From Octopus vulgaris (lineage: Eukaryota): a DNA stretch of 64,000 bases. Both the position numbers and the translations under genes were made by a program. The stretch is from assembly GCA_951406725.2 (NCBI GenBank), contig OX597815.1, forward strand, positions 166,036,001 to 166,100,000. The letters are read 5' to 3'. Shown piece after piece: positions 1 to 13,115 of this stretch (within the stretch, counting starts at the first letter, position 1; every line of letters begins with the position of its first letter). Below the pieces are notes generated by a model, which ran no database searches, was not told the DNA's origin, and saw only the letters and a program-made list of their open reading frames with translations.

Positions 1-35
<35 letters not shown>

Positions 36-37
36 TG

Positions 38-70
<33 letters not shown>

Positions 71-104
71 ATATATATATGTATGTATGTATATGAGTGT
101 ATAT

Positions 105-140
<36 letters not shown>

Positions 141-215
141 GTATGTATGTATATATATATATATATGTATGTATATATATATATATACATACATATATAT
201 ATATACACACACACA
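1..215. repeat. (TA)n/(TATG)n microsatellite
   Basis: Direct reading; one of very many TA, TG, GA, TATG, TAGA and TAA tracts in the window. Confidence 0.95.
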
Positions 216-613
216 TAATTATTTTGCTGTATCCAGTGGTTTTGTCGTATCTAAACATTTAAACTGAAGAGAGGGCAAGAGAGAACGTGTTGGAAAATAA
301 AGTAAATGAATAACAAAATATTCTCTTCATGCTAGAAAGATTTCCTAACTTATTTTACATTACCACTTTGTGATTGCTTCTGTAATGTTTTTGCCAGTCA
401 AATCTCCTTCGTACAAAGATCCCACAAACGGTAATTCCTGAACGCTCTTGATGTGCCCAGGAGTTTATTCCCTCCGGTAGATGGGCTTTTTACTATTTTA
501 TTTGTTTGTATTTTGCTCTCCTTCTTTATGTGCATGTATAAAAGCATACACATGCATAGACTCACATAATGTTTACATGCATATGTATGTTTATATACAT
601 ATACACATATATA

Positions 614-1005
614 GGCGCAGGAGTAGCTGTGTGGTAAGTATCTTGTTTACCAACCACATGGCTCTGGGTTCAGTCCCACTGCGTGACACCTTGGGCAAGT
701 GTCTTCTACTATAGCCTCGGGCTGACCAAAGCCTTGTGAGTGGATTTGGTAGACGGAAACTGAAAGAAGCACGTCGTATATATATATGTGTGTGCGTGTA
801 TGTTTGTATGTCTGTGTTTGTCCCCCCAACAACCGAAGCTGGTGTGTTTATGTCCCCGTCACTTAGCGGTTCGGCAAAAGAAACCGATAGAATAAGTACT
901 GGGCTTACAAAGAATAAGTCCCGGGGTCGAGTTGCTTGACTAAAAAGGCGGTGCTCCAGCATGGCCGCAGTCAAATGACTGAAGCAAGTAAAAGAGTAAA
1001 AGAGA
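614..1005 (+). mobile_element. tRNA-derived SINE family A, full-length copy
   Basis: Head ggcgcaggagtagctgtgtggtaag (A-box-like) ... ggttcagtccc (B-box-like), core gtgacaccttgggcaagtgtctt, internal TA/TG tract, tail gactgaagcaagtaaaagag; more than 10 copies in window. Confidence 0.9.
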
Positions 1006-1015
1006 GAGTATATAC

Positions 1016-1047
<32 letters not shown>

Positions 1048-1207
1048 CTGTGTCTGTGTGTGTGTGTGTGTGTGTGTGCCTACTAATATCCATTTATTTT
1101 CCGTCAAGGGTTTATGTTCCCGAATATTAGACTATTTTCTTTAGCTAATACACTATGATCGCTTATAAGCATCAAGCTTATAATTATTATCGTTATTTAC
1201 AGAATTA

Positions 1208-1435
1208 AAGCACCGAGTTGGCCGAATCGTTAGCACACTGGGTAAAATGCTTAGCGACATTTCGTCCGTTTTAACATTCTGAGTTCAAATTCCGCTGAGA
1301 TCGACTTTGCCTTTCATCCTTTCGGAGTCGATAAATGAAGTACCAATGGAATACTGGGGTCGATGTAATCAACTTGTCCTCTCTACCCCTCCCCTCCCCC
1401 AAATTTCAGGCCTTGTACCTTTAATAAAAAGGAGT
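1208..1435 (+). mobile_element. tRNA-derived SINE family B (Deu/Nin-like core)
   Basis: B-box gagttcaaattcc followed by gactttgcctttcatcctttcggagtcgataaa; more than 12 copies. Confidence 0.85.
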
Positions 1436-1506
1436 ATTATTCACAGAATTTTCACTTAATATTGCTTCTCCATTTAATGCAATATATATATAAATGTATA
1501 TATATC

Positions 1507-1638
1507 GGAGTGGTTGGCGTTAGGAAGGGCATCCAGCTGTAGAAACTCTGCCAGATCAGATTGGAGTCTGGTTCACCAGACCTCAGTCAAATCGTCCAAC
1601 CCATGCTAGCATGGAAAGCGGACGTTAATTGATGATGA
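1507..1638 (+). mobile_element. RTE-like retroposon 3' end with (GAT)n tail
   Basis: ggcgttaggaagggcatccagc...ggacgttaa-gatgatgat; homologous to 5238-5612 on the opposite strand. Confidence 0.65.
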
Positions 1639-1865
1639 TATATATGTGTGTGTGTGTGTGTGTGTGTATACACACATACATATGTATATAGATACACGCA
1701 TATAAATATAATATAAATACATATATAAATATGTGTGCATAAGGATACACACATATCTATGCCTGAAATATATACATGTATATAATATATATGTATGTAT
1801 GTGTATATGTTTCTATGTGTGTGTGTATGTGAGTATAAACGCATACTTCTGTGTTGTGAGTGATT

Positions 1866-1920
<55 letters not shown>

Positions 1921-2448
1921 CACAGCACCCACACCGCATTGCGGTCATGGAAATCTAGTCGTAACGCGTGTTTTTGCGAAACGTATTTTCTCGTTATTCT
2001 CCATGTACATTGTCAACCAAGTGACACGAAAGTCAGCAGCTCAAATAGGTTTCGCCTTACAAAATCCCTTTTTACGGGGCAAGATCTACAAGAGCGCAAG
2101 GAACACTCTTCCATAATGCGTGAGAAGACTCTACACACACACACGCATCTCTCTCTCTCTCTCTGACACACATACATACACACACATTCGTACAGTCATG
2201 CATATCTATACGTATATTATTCATGTACCAGTGTTATAGCCACAGACACAGATTACCCACCACGAGTGCAGAGCTCTCAGCATAAGACCAGTTGCTGTGC
2301 AAAGAATGTAAGCATGACTAGATCTTGGAGGATATTCTGACTTCTAATTGGAATTTAATGGCTATATCCTTGATCTGCGTCTTGTGCGTTTTTATTTAAA
2401 CTTTTTATAATGGTGCTGCTGCTACTACTACTACTACTACTACTACTG

Positions 2449-2526
<78 letters not shown>

Positions 2527-5237
2527 ATACTACTACTACTAAAACAGTTCTTTCAGTTCTACTATTTCAAATCGTATGTTAATATATGAACAGTATGAAT
2601 CGAAGCTGGCCAAGTCATTAGAATATAGGCTCGTCGGCCGAAGAATTAATGGTTCGTGTCTAGATTACTAGCGATGCGCTCGCCTCTGGCAAAGACCACC
2701 TAGATGTGTATGTAAATAGGTACCATGGGAGACACACCTCATTGCTGGAGGTAATGGAAATACATAATATTTTCCTTAACAAATGTTTTCTTGGTTTGCA
2801 ACAAGGGATCGAGTGCAACCAGCCATCACTCGGGAGCGAGTAGGGCTTCATAGCATGTATGATGTTTACGCTAAGTGTTTCAAGAAATTTTGCAGCGGTG
2901 AGCAATCGTAGACACCCTGTCGACTTCTTCAAACATGATCCTGTGGAACATGCAGAATGCGATAGCTGAAGAGAGAGAGCACCACTCGGGTACTGCACTA
3001 TTATTACTGTAGGTACTCATTACTAGTCAATGGGTTGGAGCAATGTGATATGAAATGTTTTGCATAAGGATACAACCTTTTGCCCTGTCTAGGTATTAAA
3101 CTGTAGCAATATCGTTTCCCTCATTGCTATCTTCACTGTTGAGAAGAGTATTAAGAATAAGCTCGTTCGAGATTACAAACATCTTCGGCTAGTTTAACAT
3201 TGTTGTAAACACTAATCCGATTGGTTGACATGTGACACGAGTGGTCTCTACTACGTTCGCACCGCTGGTTGTCATGTGACGCGATTTGCCTCCGCTTATT
3301 TTCGCGCCATTTGTTCCAAGCAGCCAATCACTGCTTTCCATTTCTGAAGTTCGTTTGAGCCACCCAAACAATATCTAAGGGAGTGTTTTCAAACACCTTT
3401 CGTCTTAGGTTTCTAGTCCTTCTCAGGGCTAACCTCTGACCACAGAGCTCGTCTTAGGTTACAGTCCTTTACAGGGCGAACTTCTGACCACACAGAGCAT
3501 GCTCGACCATGTTCCAGTTCGAAAGGCAGGCGACCACCATTATATCAAGAGAAAAATAACCAAGCAGAACATATAATGAAGGCGCTGCAAAAACCAAGCG
3601 ACAGACACGACGTCATCGCTAACATCGCCTTTATCTACGAAGATTTAATTTGTACACAAGACAACTACGGATTCAACTCTAGCGGTTAGGTGAAAATCTC
3701 ACCACGGGAAAAACGGCTACAGTTAATATATCTGGAAGTATATTCATATCAAGAGAAAGATAAAACACAACAAGTGATTCAATTAATCTCAACTACGAGA
3801 CGCAACATCTTGATATGGAACTCTTACACACCGTGTACCTCATAAACGGTAAATCAATTATCTGTCTTGAGTCCTAGTTCTTCTAAGAACTACCTTAAGC
3901 CATCTGCTACTACCTGTTGCTATGCTGATACCAACAACATGAACTGTGAACCGAATTCCATTGTTAATTCTATAGTCAGTACCTTTTATGCCTCACGAAC
4001 ACACAGACACAAAAACAGGCTAACGCTTACGAACTCTTAAAATTTACACGATTGTAAAATATGTAAAATAAATAATGTATATATCTCAAAAAGAAATCTT
4101 GTCATTCCACTTGTGTTCTAATGCCGCTGTATATGGTCTGTAAAATAATCATTAAGAATATGACCACGTGCGACCGTGTCTCCCATACGATACGACCGCA
4201 TGTGATCCTATTTTTCAACAGCAGCAAAATCTCACCCCAAATCACACCCAGAAAATTTAAAGGACACAGTCTTCGATACATTAAAAAAAAAGAAGATAAT
4301 TACGGCTACAATATGTTTGATCACAGATGTACTTCATCAAAGGTTATCCGAGATTGAAAAATAACAGCGGATCAAATTTCTATGTATTTTCACAATAATT
4401 AGTTATATCATCTAAAGCCCCCAAATTTTAACATCCATGTTTTTCTTTCGGAATTTTGTGGCAACAGCAAAATGAATGTAATAACTATGTCAGTAGTGGT
4501 CAAATTGTGTTTCATGAGGCACATACAGCTTTCAAAGCTACATTGTACATTTACCAATAATATTGAATTTCAGCACTATTTTTCCTTAATTACAGTCACT
4601 ATACTCTGCTATATACATATATATATATATATAATCAAAATAAGCAACAAGGATATCCAGAGGTAATGCAGTACATAATTATATGGATAATACCATTCTG
4701 GTATTAATAAATTCTGGTGCCTTTAACTTAAGTACCATATTCAACTGAATCTCTCTCTCTATATATATATATAGTCCAAGAATAGAGGTGTTGGTGTTAC
4801 ATTGATTTTGTTTTTATTACAATCGTTTCAATAATACTTAGTTCAGGTACATTATGAATATGAAAAATATGTATTATTCCAAAATATTGCATGTGATCCA
4901 TGCTTAACTCATTAAAGTTCTGAACCATGTATTGCTGAAATGATTGTAATGAAAGAATAAATATTGGCAACACTTCTATTCCTGGACTTGTGTATCATAC
5001 TCCACGACAAACAAATTCTCTCAAGAGTTTCTGTTACTGTTGCAAAGTTTTCTTTGTGGGGAAAGCTCTGGATTTCTATACACACTGTTAGCTTGTATTT
5101 ATAAGCTTCTATCTAATGAGGTTGCCCGAATACTTGCGACCAGGTGGTCTTCCTTAAAAGGCACTCAAGAACTAGCTAGTCATATTAAAGTAGCTGATAT
5201 ATTAGAAATATCAGCCAGTGTATATAGATGGCTCTAA

Positions 5238-5612
5238 GATCATCATCATCATCGTTTAACGTCCATTTTCCGTGCTAGCATGGGTTGGATGGTTCGACCG
5301 GGGTCTGAGAAGCGAGGAGGCTGCACCAGGCTCCAGTCTGATCTGGCAGTGTTTCTACAGCTTGATGCCCTTCTTAACGCCAACCACTCCGTGAGTGTAG
5401 TGGATGCTTTTATGTGCCAGGGGAGGCTGGCAGCGGCCACATTCAGACGGTGCTTTTTACATGCCACTGGCACAGAAGCCAGTCAGGGCGGCGCTAGCAT
5501 CGACCACGTTTGGATGGTGCTTTTTACGTGCCACCGGCACAAGTATCACAACTGCAATTTCCATTTGATATTTATTTTGATGTTGATGTACTTGACTCAA
5601 TAGGTCTCCTCA
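5238..5612 (-). mobile_element. RTE-like retroposon 3' end with (GAT)n tail
   Basis: (CAT)n then cgtttaacgtcc...gatgcccttcttaacgccaacc, the reverse complement of the 1507 copy. Confidence 0.65.
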
Positions 5613-6492
5613 AAAAGTCAGAATGTTGTGGAATTGATGCCTTTTATAAGAGTATAAGCTAGAAATCTAGACCGGGTCGAGTACTTACTGGCAGCTTATA
5701 CTTTCTTTTTATTTTATATATTTATTAATTTTTCTAATCCATGGTAGTCACTGTTTATTGTAAATAACATCACAAAATCAATGGAGCAGATATTCATATA
5801 GAATATGTATATGAGTTAAGCTGTCCTAAATATATAGCATAACTAGGATTTAAATAGTTTTCAAATGAAAATTTTAAGTGGGGAAATGTAGCGAAATATT
5901 AATAATTTCAAGATATCATGTTTATTAGACTTCGTGCGAGCACATTTTGTGGATATCTTTTATGCTTTAGTTGATTTAACCGCGGGTTTTGCACAAACAG
6001 TTATACATTTCCCAGCCTTAGCCAGACTATTTAATAAATACCATATTTATGTGTTAACATTTACTCGATGTAATTTAAAATGACTATGACGTGAAGACAT
6101 TCCTTACGGAGAAATTCTTTAGGATGGGGGTGGACTTGAGGTTTTAGACCAGCCAAGCACGAGGCATTTGTGGGTGTACAATTAGTACAGAACACTTAAA
6201 TGGCTATAAACTTGTCTGGGTATTTCTCATTACAATTTTTAAAAAAAATGGTTAAGGATAAAGACAAGTAAACAAGTGGACATAGTTGAGCCAATGTATT
6301 TACTTAGGTGCAGCCATGCCTATCTGGCTAAGAAACTCGCTTTGCAACTGCGTCGTTCGGGCTCCGTCCCACTGTGCGGCACCTTTGAACAAGTGTCTTA
6401 TACTATAGCCTCAGGGCCCCGCCAAATTACCTTGTAAGTGAATTTGGTAGACAGAAACTAGGTGGAAGCCCATCGTATTTCTATCTATCTGT

Positions 6493-6555
<63 letters not shown>

Positions 6556-6571
6556 CTGTATGGTTCAGCTA

Positions 6572-6616
6572 CTCTACATTGATAAAGAGCAAATATCCTG
6601 AAACTAGTCTGTAGAG
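6572..6616 (+). ncRNA. Decayed minimal type I hammerhead ribozyme
   Basis: Stem I ctctaca/tgtagag (7 bp); core ttgataa (2 mismatches to CTGATGA); GAAAC-TA-GTC with palindromic stem III. Confidence 0.55.
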
Positions 6617-6780
6617 GCCAGACCGGCAAGGGAAGGCGCCTGACCTCCCCTGTTCGAAGGTTATAATGGACACAGGTTCATGTGTCACATAGCTAGCAAG
6701 AGGCGATGGCCTCTTGGAGTTAATCAACGGCAGCATTCGTTCTATTTTTCTGGACTGCCATGTTAACTTGGCGATAACTA

Positions 6781-6824
<44 letters not shown>

Positions 6825-6825
<1 letters not shown>

Positions 6826-7223
6826 TAGCAGTATCGCCCGGCGTTGCTCGGGTTTGTAAGGGAAATAACTATATAGGCATTTTTTAGAGATGTAAAGTAT
6901 AATAGCCATCTCAATATGGCTAACCACAAAGGGGGGGGGGGGTTACTGTAGCTTTTTACGTTCTGAGATTTAATAATACATTTTAGAGAGTTACTTCCCT
7001 TATATAAACCGACCGAAAATGCATTAAAAATACGGAAAAATTATGGTAATTTTTTTTTAAATCGTAGACTCATCGTAGACGCGCGCTAATACCCAGAAGG
7101 GCTCGATATGAATCACGACTATAAGATACCCGGTTTTGGTTAAACTGCACCGCAAAATGTGGGAGTAGTTAGGAATCTAAATCGTAGAAGACAGACACAC
7201 AACCTTACTTTTATATATAAAGA
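6825..7223 (-). mobile_element. Non-autonomous Helitron, subfamily 1
   Basis: On the minus strand: 5' TC, 3' GC-rich hairpin cccgagcaacgccggg then CTAG, between A and T; paralogue at 47846-48226. Confidence 0.85.
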
Positions 7224-7441
7224 TATATATATACACACACACACACATATGTGCGAATGTGTGCGCGTGCGCACATATATATATTTATACATAGTACCTA
7301 CACACACACAAATTCATATTTTGTTTTTATAGTATATATATTTATTTTATTTTGTTTGTATATTCACATTAGTGACGTATTTTGTTTCGTCTCTGTCGCC
7401 AACGTTCGCTCGCTGTTCCCAGCATCTCGCTGTTGACGCCA

Positions 7442-7512
7442 CCAAAAGTGAACAATATTAACGTTAACGGCGTGAAATTTTAAGGATCTTTTGGACGATA
7501 ACTGATGAGGAA
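7442..7512 (+). ncRNA. Non-circularly permuted hammerhead-like motif (copy 1)
   Basis: ccaaaag/cttttgg extra helix; AUA triplet; ttaacgt/acgataa stem I; GAAA 7474-7477; CTGATGA 7502-7508; stem II poor. Confidence 0.5.
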
Positions 7513-7571
7513 TTAGCAACGTGAGTAAAATTTCGGCTTGTTCCTTTGTTCTGTTTCTGCTTAAATTTTGA

Positions 7572-7609
<38 letters not shown>

Positions 7610-7613
7610 AATA

Positions 7614-7681
7614 TAGGGTCTGATAAGTCACATATATCGCTAAAAGCATTATTATAGGTGTGAAACTAATAGTAACTCCCT
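7614..7681 (+). ncRNA. Decayed type I hammerhead ribozyme
   Basis: gggt-CTGATAA-cacatat..ataggtg-GAAAC-taata-GTA-actccc; G8 mutated. Confidence 0.4.
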
Positions 7682-7711
7682 GAGCGGCTATAACGAACAA
7701 CTATATTAATC

Positions 7712-7778
<67 letters not shown>

Positions 7779-7897
7779 GGTTTTGACACTACACAAGAGA
7801 CTCAGGTTTTCACAAATAAATAAACCAATCAAAATTAGTACTACGAGACTCATTAACAAAATATACATAGAAATAGCAATTTAAGGTTATCATTTTA

Positions 7898-8105
7898 AAG
7901 GCAGCGAGCTGGCAGAATTGTTAGCACGCTGGTGGAGATGCTGAGCGGTATTTCGTTACGTTCTGAGTTCAATATTCCGTCGAAGTCGACTTTACTTTTC
8001 ATTCTTTCGGAGTCGATTAAAGAAGTACCAGTTACGCACTGGGCTGATATAATCGACCATCCCTCCACACCAAATTTCAGACCTTGTGCTTATAATAGAA
8101 ATGAT
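7898..8105 (+). mobile_element. SINE family B
   Basis: aaggcagcgagctggcagaa head, B-box, family core. Confidence 0.85.
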
Positions 8106-8171
8106 TATCTTAAAGTAATTTTATGAAAGGTAGCATAATATTTACTAAATATTTACTGATTTAATATTAGT

Positions 8172-8385
8172 TTCAAATTTTGACATAAGACCAGCAATTT
8201 CAGGGAAGTGGATGAGTTGATTATATCAACCCCAGTACCCAACAGGTACTTATTTTATTGATCCCCCGAAAGGATGAAAGGTAAAATCGATGTCGGCGGA
8301 ATTTGAACTCAGAACGTAAAGACGGAGGAAACACCGCTAGGCATTTTGTCCATTGTGCTAACGATTCTACCAAGTCGCCGCCTTA
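8172..8385 (-). mobile_element. SINE family B
   Basis: cgaaaggatgaaagg...ggaatttgaactcagaacg...gtcgccgcctt, the reverse complement of the family. Confidence 0.85.
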
Positions 8386-8503
8386 TGGACGTGGCTTAAT
8401 ATTGAAAGTAGAATCCCATGAATTATATATAGATTTCGTATTGAATGGGATTTTGTTTCACCTTGACGGCTCATTTAACCAGTCATATAATGATAAATAC
8501 ATA

Positions 8504-8877
8504 GGAGTAGGAGTGGCTGTGTGGTAAGTAGCTTGCTTACGAACCACATGGTTCCAGGTTCAGTCCCACTGCGTGGCACCTTGGGCAAGTGTCTTCTACT
8601 ATAACATTAAGCTGACCAAAGCCTTGTGAGTGGATTTGGTAGACGCAAACTGAAAGAAGCCCGTCGTATATATGTATGTGTGTGTATATGTTTGTGTATC
8701 TGTGTTTGTCCCCCCCCCCACCTCGTAACTTAGCGGTTCGGCAAAAGAGACCGATAGAATAAGTACTAGGCTTACAAAGAATAAGTCCTGGGGTCGATTT
8801 GCTCGACCAAAGTCGGTGCTTCAGCATGACCACAGTCACATGACTGAAACAAGTAAACGAGTAAAGAGTAAAAGAGT
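8504..8877 (+). mobile_element. SINE family A
   Basis: Homologous to 614-1005. Confidence 0.9.
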
Positions 8878-9109
8878 ATATAAATCCTTCACCAACAGGC
8901 CCAACTACAAAACTTTAGCACGTTCACAAATGCTACAATTGAAAAGAAAAAAAAAACTTTAAAGCGCACATCTCCTGGTTTTCAAAGAGTATACATAAGA
9001 AAGATGTAGCGCAATATCACCTCAGTTCCCATCACATCTGAAACAATTCAAACCAACGCATGCATACTTCTTCAAGCCAATAACAACAGCTTGGATACTA
9101 TTTTTTTGA

Positions 9110-9440
9110 CCCCCTTCGGTCAGACACTGACCATGGGTTTGCACCTAGAGAGTTACCCTCTGAGGCACAAATCTGGGCAAGGTTGTTTTATGGAAGACCA
9201 GCAGTCACCCATGCATACCGGTCTCCCCTCTCCACGTCACCGATGTTGTCCAAGGGAAAGGCAAGGGCCGATACAGCTTGGCACCTGTGACGTCGCAACT
9301 CATTTCTACAGCTGAGTGAACTGGAGCAACGTGAAATAAAGTGTCTTGCTCAAGAACACAACACGCAGCCCGGTCCGGGATTCGAGCTCACAACCTCACG
9401 ATCGTAAGCTCGACGCTCTAACCACTGAGCCACGCGCCTT
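9110..9440 (-). mobile_element. tRNA-derived SINE family C (Meta-like core)
   Basis: Reverse complement reads ggcgcgtggctcagtggttagagcg...gtgttgtgttcttgagcaagacactt; homologous to 40227-40550. Confidence 0.88.
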
Positions 9441-10704
9441 CTTGGAAAACAATTCTCCAACCTCAGACCACCTACTAATAATTATCACTGTACACTCGTA
9501 CATTAATTAAGGAAACAAAAGCAGTTTTACAAATTTTTACAAATTTAAGAAAAAGAGCAATAGAACGTGTACCACCCAGAAAGAGATCAAGGTTTTCAGA
9601 ATCCAACAGCACAATCAATAACGTATATACTGCAATACGTACACACAACAAAATAATTATAGACGCAATGAAAATTTAAAAAAAAGACATACTCCACAAG
9701 GCAACATAAAAAATACAGCCCAATTACACATTAGAAATAACCAATCTCATAAAAATCAGAAACCACCTCTAACACAACAATCCAACATACACGCAGCAAA
9801 TCTCAACATCAAGAAACTATAAAAAGAAATAACAAAACATTAAAATAAATAGAAACCTGGCAATCATTTAAAGTTAGCATAAACTATTAAGCTAACAACA
9901 AAATACCGTGTAGAGTAATTAGTAGTATTAAAAATAACGAATCACACCACACCCCTTGTGTCAATAACAACTTCAAGTAACATGCCTATACTACAATACT
10001 TTTAGATATTTCTTGAAAATCAACCCTCCACACAACTTGCACCTAGGACTGAAATTTTGGTTTTCTCTTTCCACGAGGCTCCCAAAAAGCATTAGGGAAA
10101 TCTAAAAACTGAAAAGCTTTAGGGCCGGACGAAATTACGAACATACATTTAAAATCACAAACATAACACCTGAAGTTACAAGCTACACTTAAAATAATCA
10201 AGGCATGAAGCAATCGCGACATTCACCAACTATTCGGGTCAGTGCTGGCAAATTTCTAGAATATCAAAGCTGAGCAAAACTATAACAATTCTACCAAAAA
10301 TCTAAGAGCCTCACGTTCATTCTGATCTATCGCCCTTCCATGCACGCGTTCAAAAATTCTAAGAAGGCTAGACCTCAATATCATTTTCTCACACGCTCAT
10401 CTATCTAAATAGTTTAAGCCCATTACATTTCGCTATTACACTGTCCACAAACTGAACACAGAAAATATATGATAGCTTCAACGTTACAACTCATATGTAC
10501 CATTGAACTACGATCGACATTAGGGAAGCTTTCAATTCTATTCTCCACTTTGCATTCATACAAAAATGTTCAAAGCCACCTTCAGAAACAGTCCTAGACG
10601 TTGACTTGCAAACTAATTACCAGTAAAACCAAAGAACGCCAAAATGCAACCAACATTCACACACAACTTAAAGCACATCACACATACAGAACGTAAATAT
10701 ATAT

Positions 10705-11015
10705 GGCACTCCGTCAATTACGACGACGAGTGTTACAGTTGATCCGATTAATAAAACAGCCTGCTCGTGAAATTAACGTGCAAGTGGCTGAGCACTCCAC
10801 AAACACGTGTACTCTTAACGTAGTTCTCAGGGAGATTAAGTGTGCCGAGGTTGGCCCCTTTGAAATACAGGTACTATTCATTTTTGCTAGCTGAATGGAC
10901 TGAAGCAACGTAAAATAAAGAGTCTTGCTCAAGGACACAACACGTTGTCGGAAATTGAACTCACAATCTTAGGATCGTAAACCGAATACCCTAACCATTA
11001 AGCCACGCACCTTCA
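10705..11015 (-). mobile_element. SINE, family C-type head and core with a different tail
   Basis: gtcttgctcaaggacacaac...taaccattaagccacgcacc. Confidence 0.8.
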
Positions 11016-12759
11016 CAGAACGTAAATACACCAGACGTTAAAGACTATTAACATTACAGCATTCAAAACACACATAGAAGATGTGATAGAGAAGGCTAAA
11101 AGACGCATAATTATAGATACCACGTTTCACCAACAGAAAGAAACAGCAACCATGGTGTATAACAATGCATCAGGTTCATCATGGTTTGTATCAGTCCTGC
11201 CCGGGCTCACAATTTCACAGTGAACACAAAAAATACGAAACAGCACATCATGCATTGTGTAGGATATTTATAGACCGTCTACACAATGAAACGAAAGTGC
11301 TGTAAATGAAGGACCCCTGGATACTCACTGAACAATGAATTAACAGAGTCTTTAGATCGTTTGATAAAATTCCACGTGATATTTATTCAGCTTCTATGCG
11401 TTCTGAGTTCAAATGCTACCGAGATCAACTTTACCTTTCTTCAACATTCTGGTGTGGCGGATTGGCAGAACTATAAGAACATAGGACCAGATGTTTTAAG
11501 GTATTTTTTCCGGTTCTTTGCGTTCTGACTTCAAATCCTGACATGTCCTACAAGGATGGTAGACTTAGCCCCAGTTTAACATCGTCACCTGGTAGTTTGG
11601 ATGCTTTTAGCGAATTCCACCGGATTGCAAGCATTCCGCTAAGGTCTCTGATTTGAGAATAACTTCTTCTCTCCCTTCTATCAGCCCTGACGACCTTCTA
11701 AGGGGGTCATGAGCACTGACTTCCTTCCTGACTAAAAGATAAAGAAAATCTCCAATACTGACAGTCCCTGATTTTATATGACAATTCACATCCAGCATCC
11801 AGGCACAGGAAGAACACAGCATGTCACTATCACAACGTCATTCTAAAAGCAATATTTCTCCCAGTCTGTCTAGACAAGCATAAGGACAAATAACTGCAAC
11901 CTCAGTAACGTCACTGGCTTTAACCGTCGTTTGGATGGATAACACCAACAATATGTGCATGCGAATAGCACCGGAATCAAAAGGCATACAAAAATAGACA
12001 GGAAATTGGAGTGTGCAATATGCCCAGTCGGCCATTCTGCACTCCACACAAGTCATCACTACATATCGAAGCGTACAATGTTGTTCTCAGCAATATAAGG
12101 GTCTCACCATTCTATTATCTGTGAGCTGTAAAGTTGTTCGATTAGGGTTGGCCAGGGGTTACACAACACAATGCTCTGAGCATTATAGCAAGCAAATATC
12201 TTATTTTTACGAATAATTTGGCTCAATGAAATAAATGGACCTAATTGAATAACAAAAAATTTCAAGTCTAACGTCCCCACCACTTTCGCTATCTGCCATC
12301 CACATAATAGCAATAATTATTTCTAATACAGACACAAGGCCAGAAATTTGAGGGGTTAGAGTGATGACAATAAAGCTAGGTTAAACGTCTGTCACAATGT
12401 TTCTGTAACCCATGTATTTCGTCTCTAAATATTCTTCAGCACCAACTCCGCCTCAGTCTTAAAGTTCAGACCTCGTACATTGATTGTCATAAACTTCTGC
12501 GATTGATGGATGCGAACTCCATGCTACGCATTGGCCAGAGTTTCTTCGTAGGCTAACGAAAGTTATTATTTTTTCTTTAACTAACACTATGTAAATTTCC
12601 TTCTCGCCTTTTCCTGGCTGAATTCGTCGAGATAATGCGGCATTGTCTTTTTTTATGAGGGGAGATACTTGCCTGTGCTTGCGCTTCACTTTGGTTTGCT
12701 ACGTTCGCATAAAACATACTGTCGTTCTTGCTTGCTTGTTTGTTTGTTTATTTGTTGAG

Positions 12760-13115
12760 CATAGCAGTCTTCGTCCCAGTGGGAAGAGTCCGAAACGTGG
12801 TCCTTTGTTATTCGTAAGACCCGCAGAAGAGAAAGCAGGTCAACCCCCGACACCGAGAGCATCAACGGATGGATGGATGCGCATCCTGGCTCAGCGGTTG
12901 CGTAGGAAGTCGGGGACAAGAAACAGGAAGAAAGAGTGAGAGAAAGTTGGAGCAAAAAAATACAACAGGGGTCGCCCCCCCCCCCTGCCGGAGCCTTGTG
13001 GAGCTTTAGGTGTTTTCGCTCAATAAACACACACACACGCCTGGTTTGGGAATCGAAACTGCGATCCTCCGACCGCATGTCCGCTGCCCTAACCATTGGG
13101 CCATTGCGCCTCCAC
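12760..13115 (-). mobile_element. tRNA-derived SINE family D
   Basis: Reverse complement ggaggcgcaatggcccaatggttagggc (A-box) ... gtttcgattcc (B-box). Confidence 0.7.

Larger units (their letters stand above)
8880..11340 (+). pseudogene. Highly decayed Jockey/I-like LINE ORF2 (endonuclease to RT), interrupted by two SINEs
   Basis: A-rich strand with residual motifs SDHLLIIIT (~9463), ALGPDEITNIHLK (~10116), IALPCTRSKILRRL (~10330), IDIREAFNSI (~10514); many stops and frameshifts. Confidence 0.55.

Noticed and set aside
614-690. tRNA genes at SINE heads
   Set aside because: A/B boxes continue into SINE bodies; no closed cloverleaf
11580-12310. Short ORFs possibly from an L1/Tx1 remnant
   Set aside because: No diagnostic motif could be read
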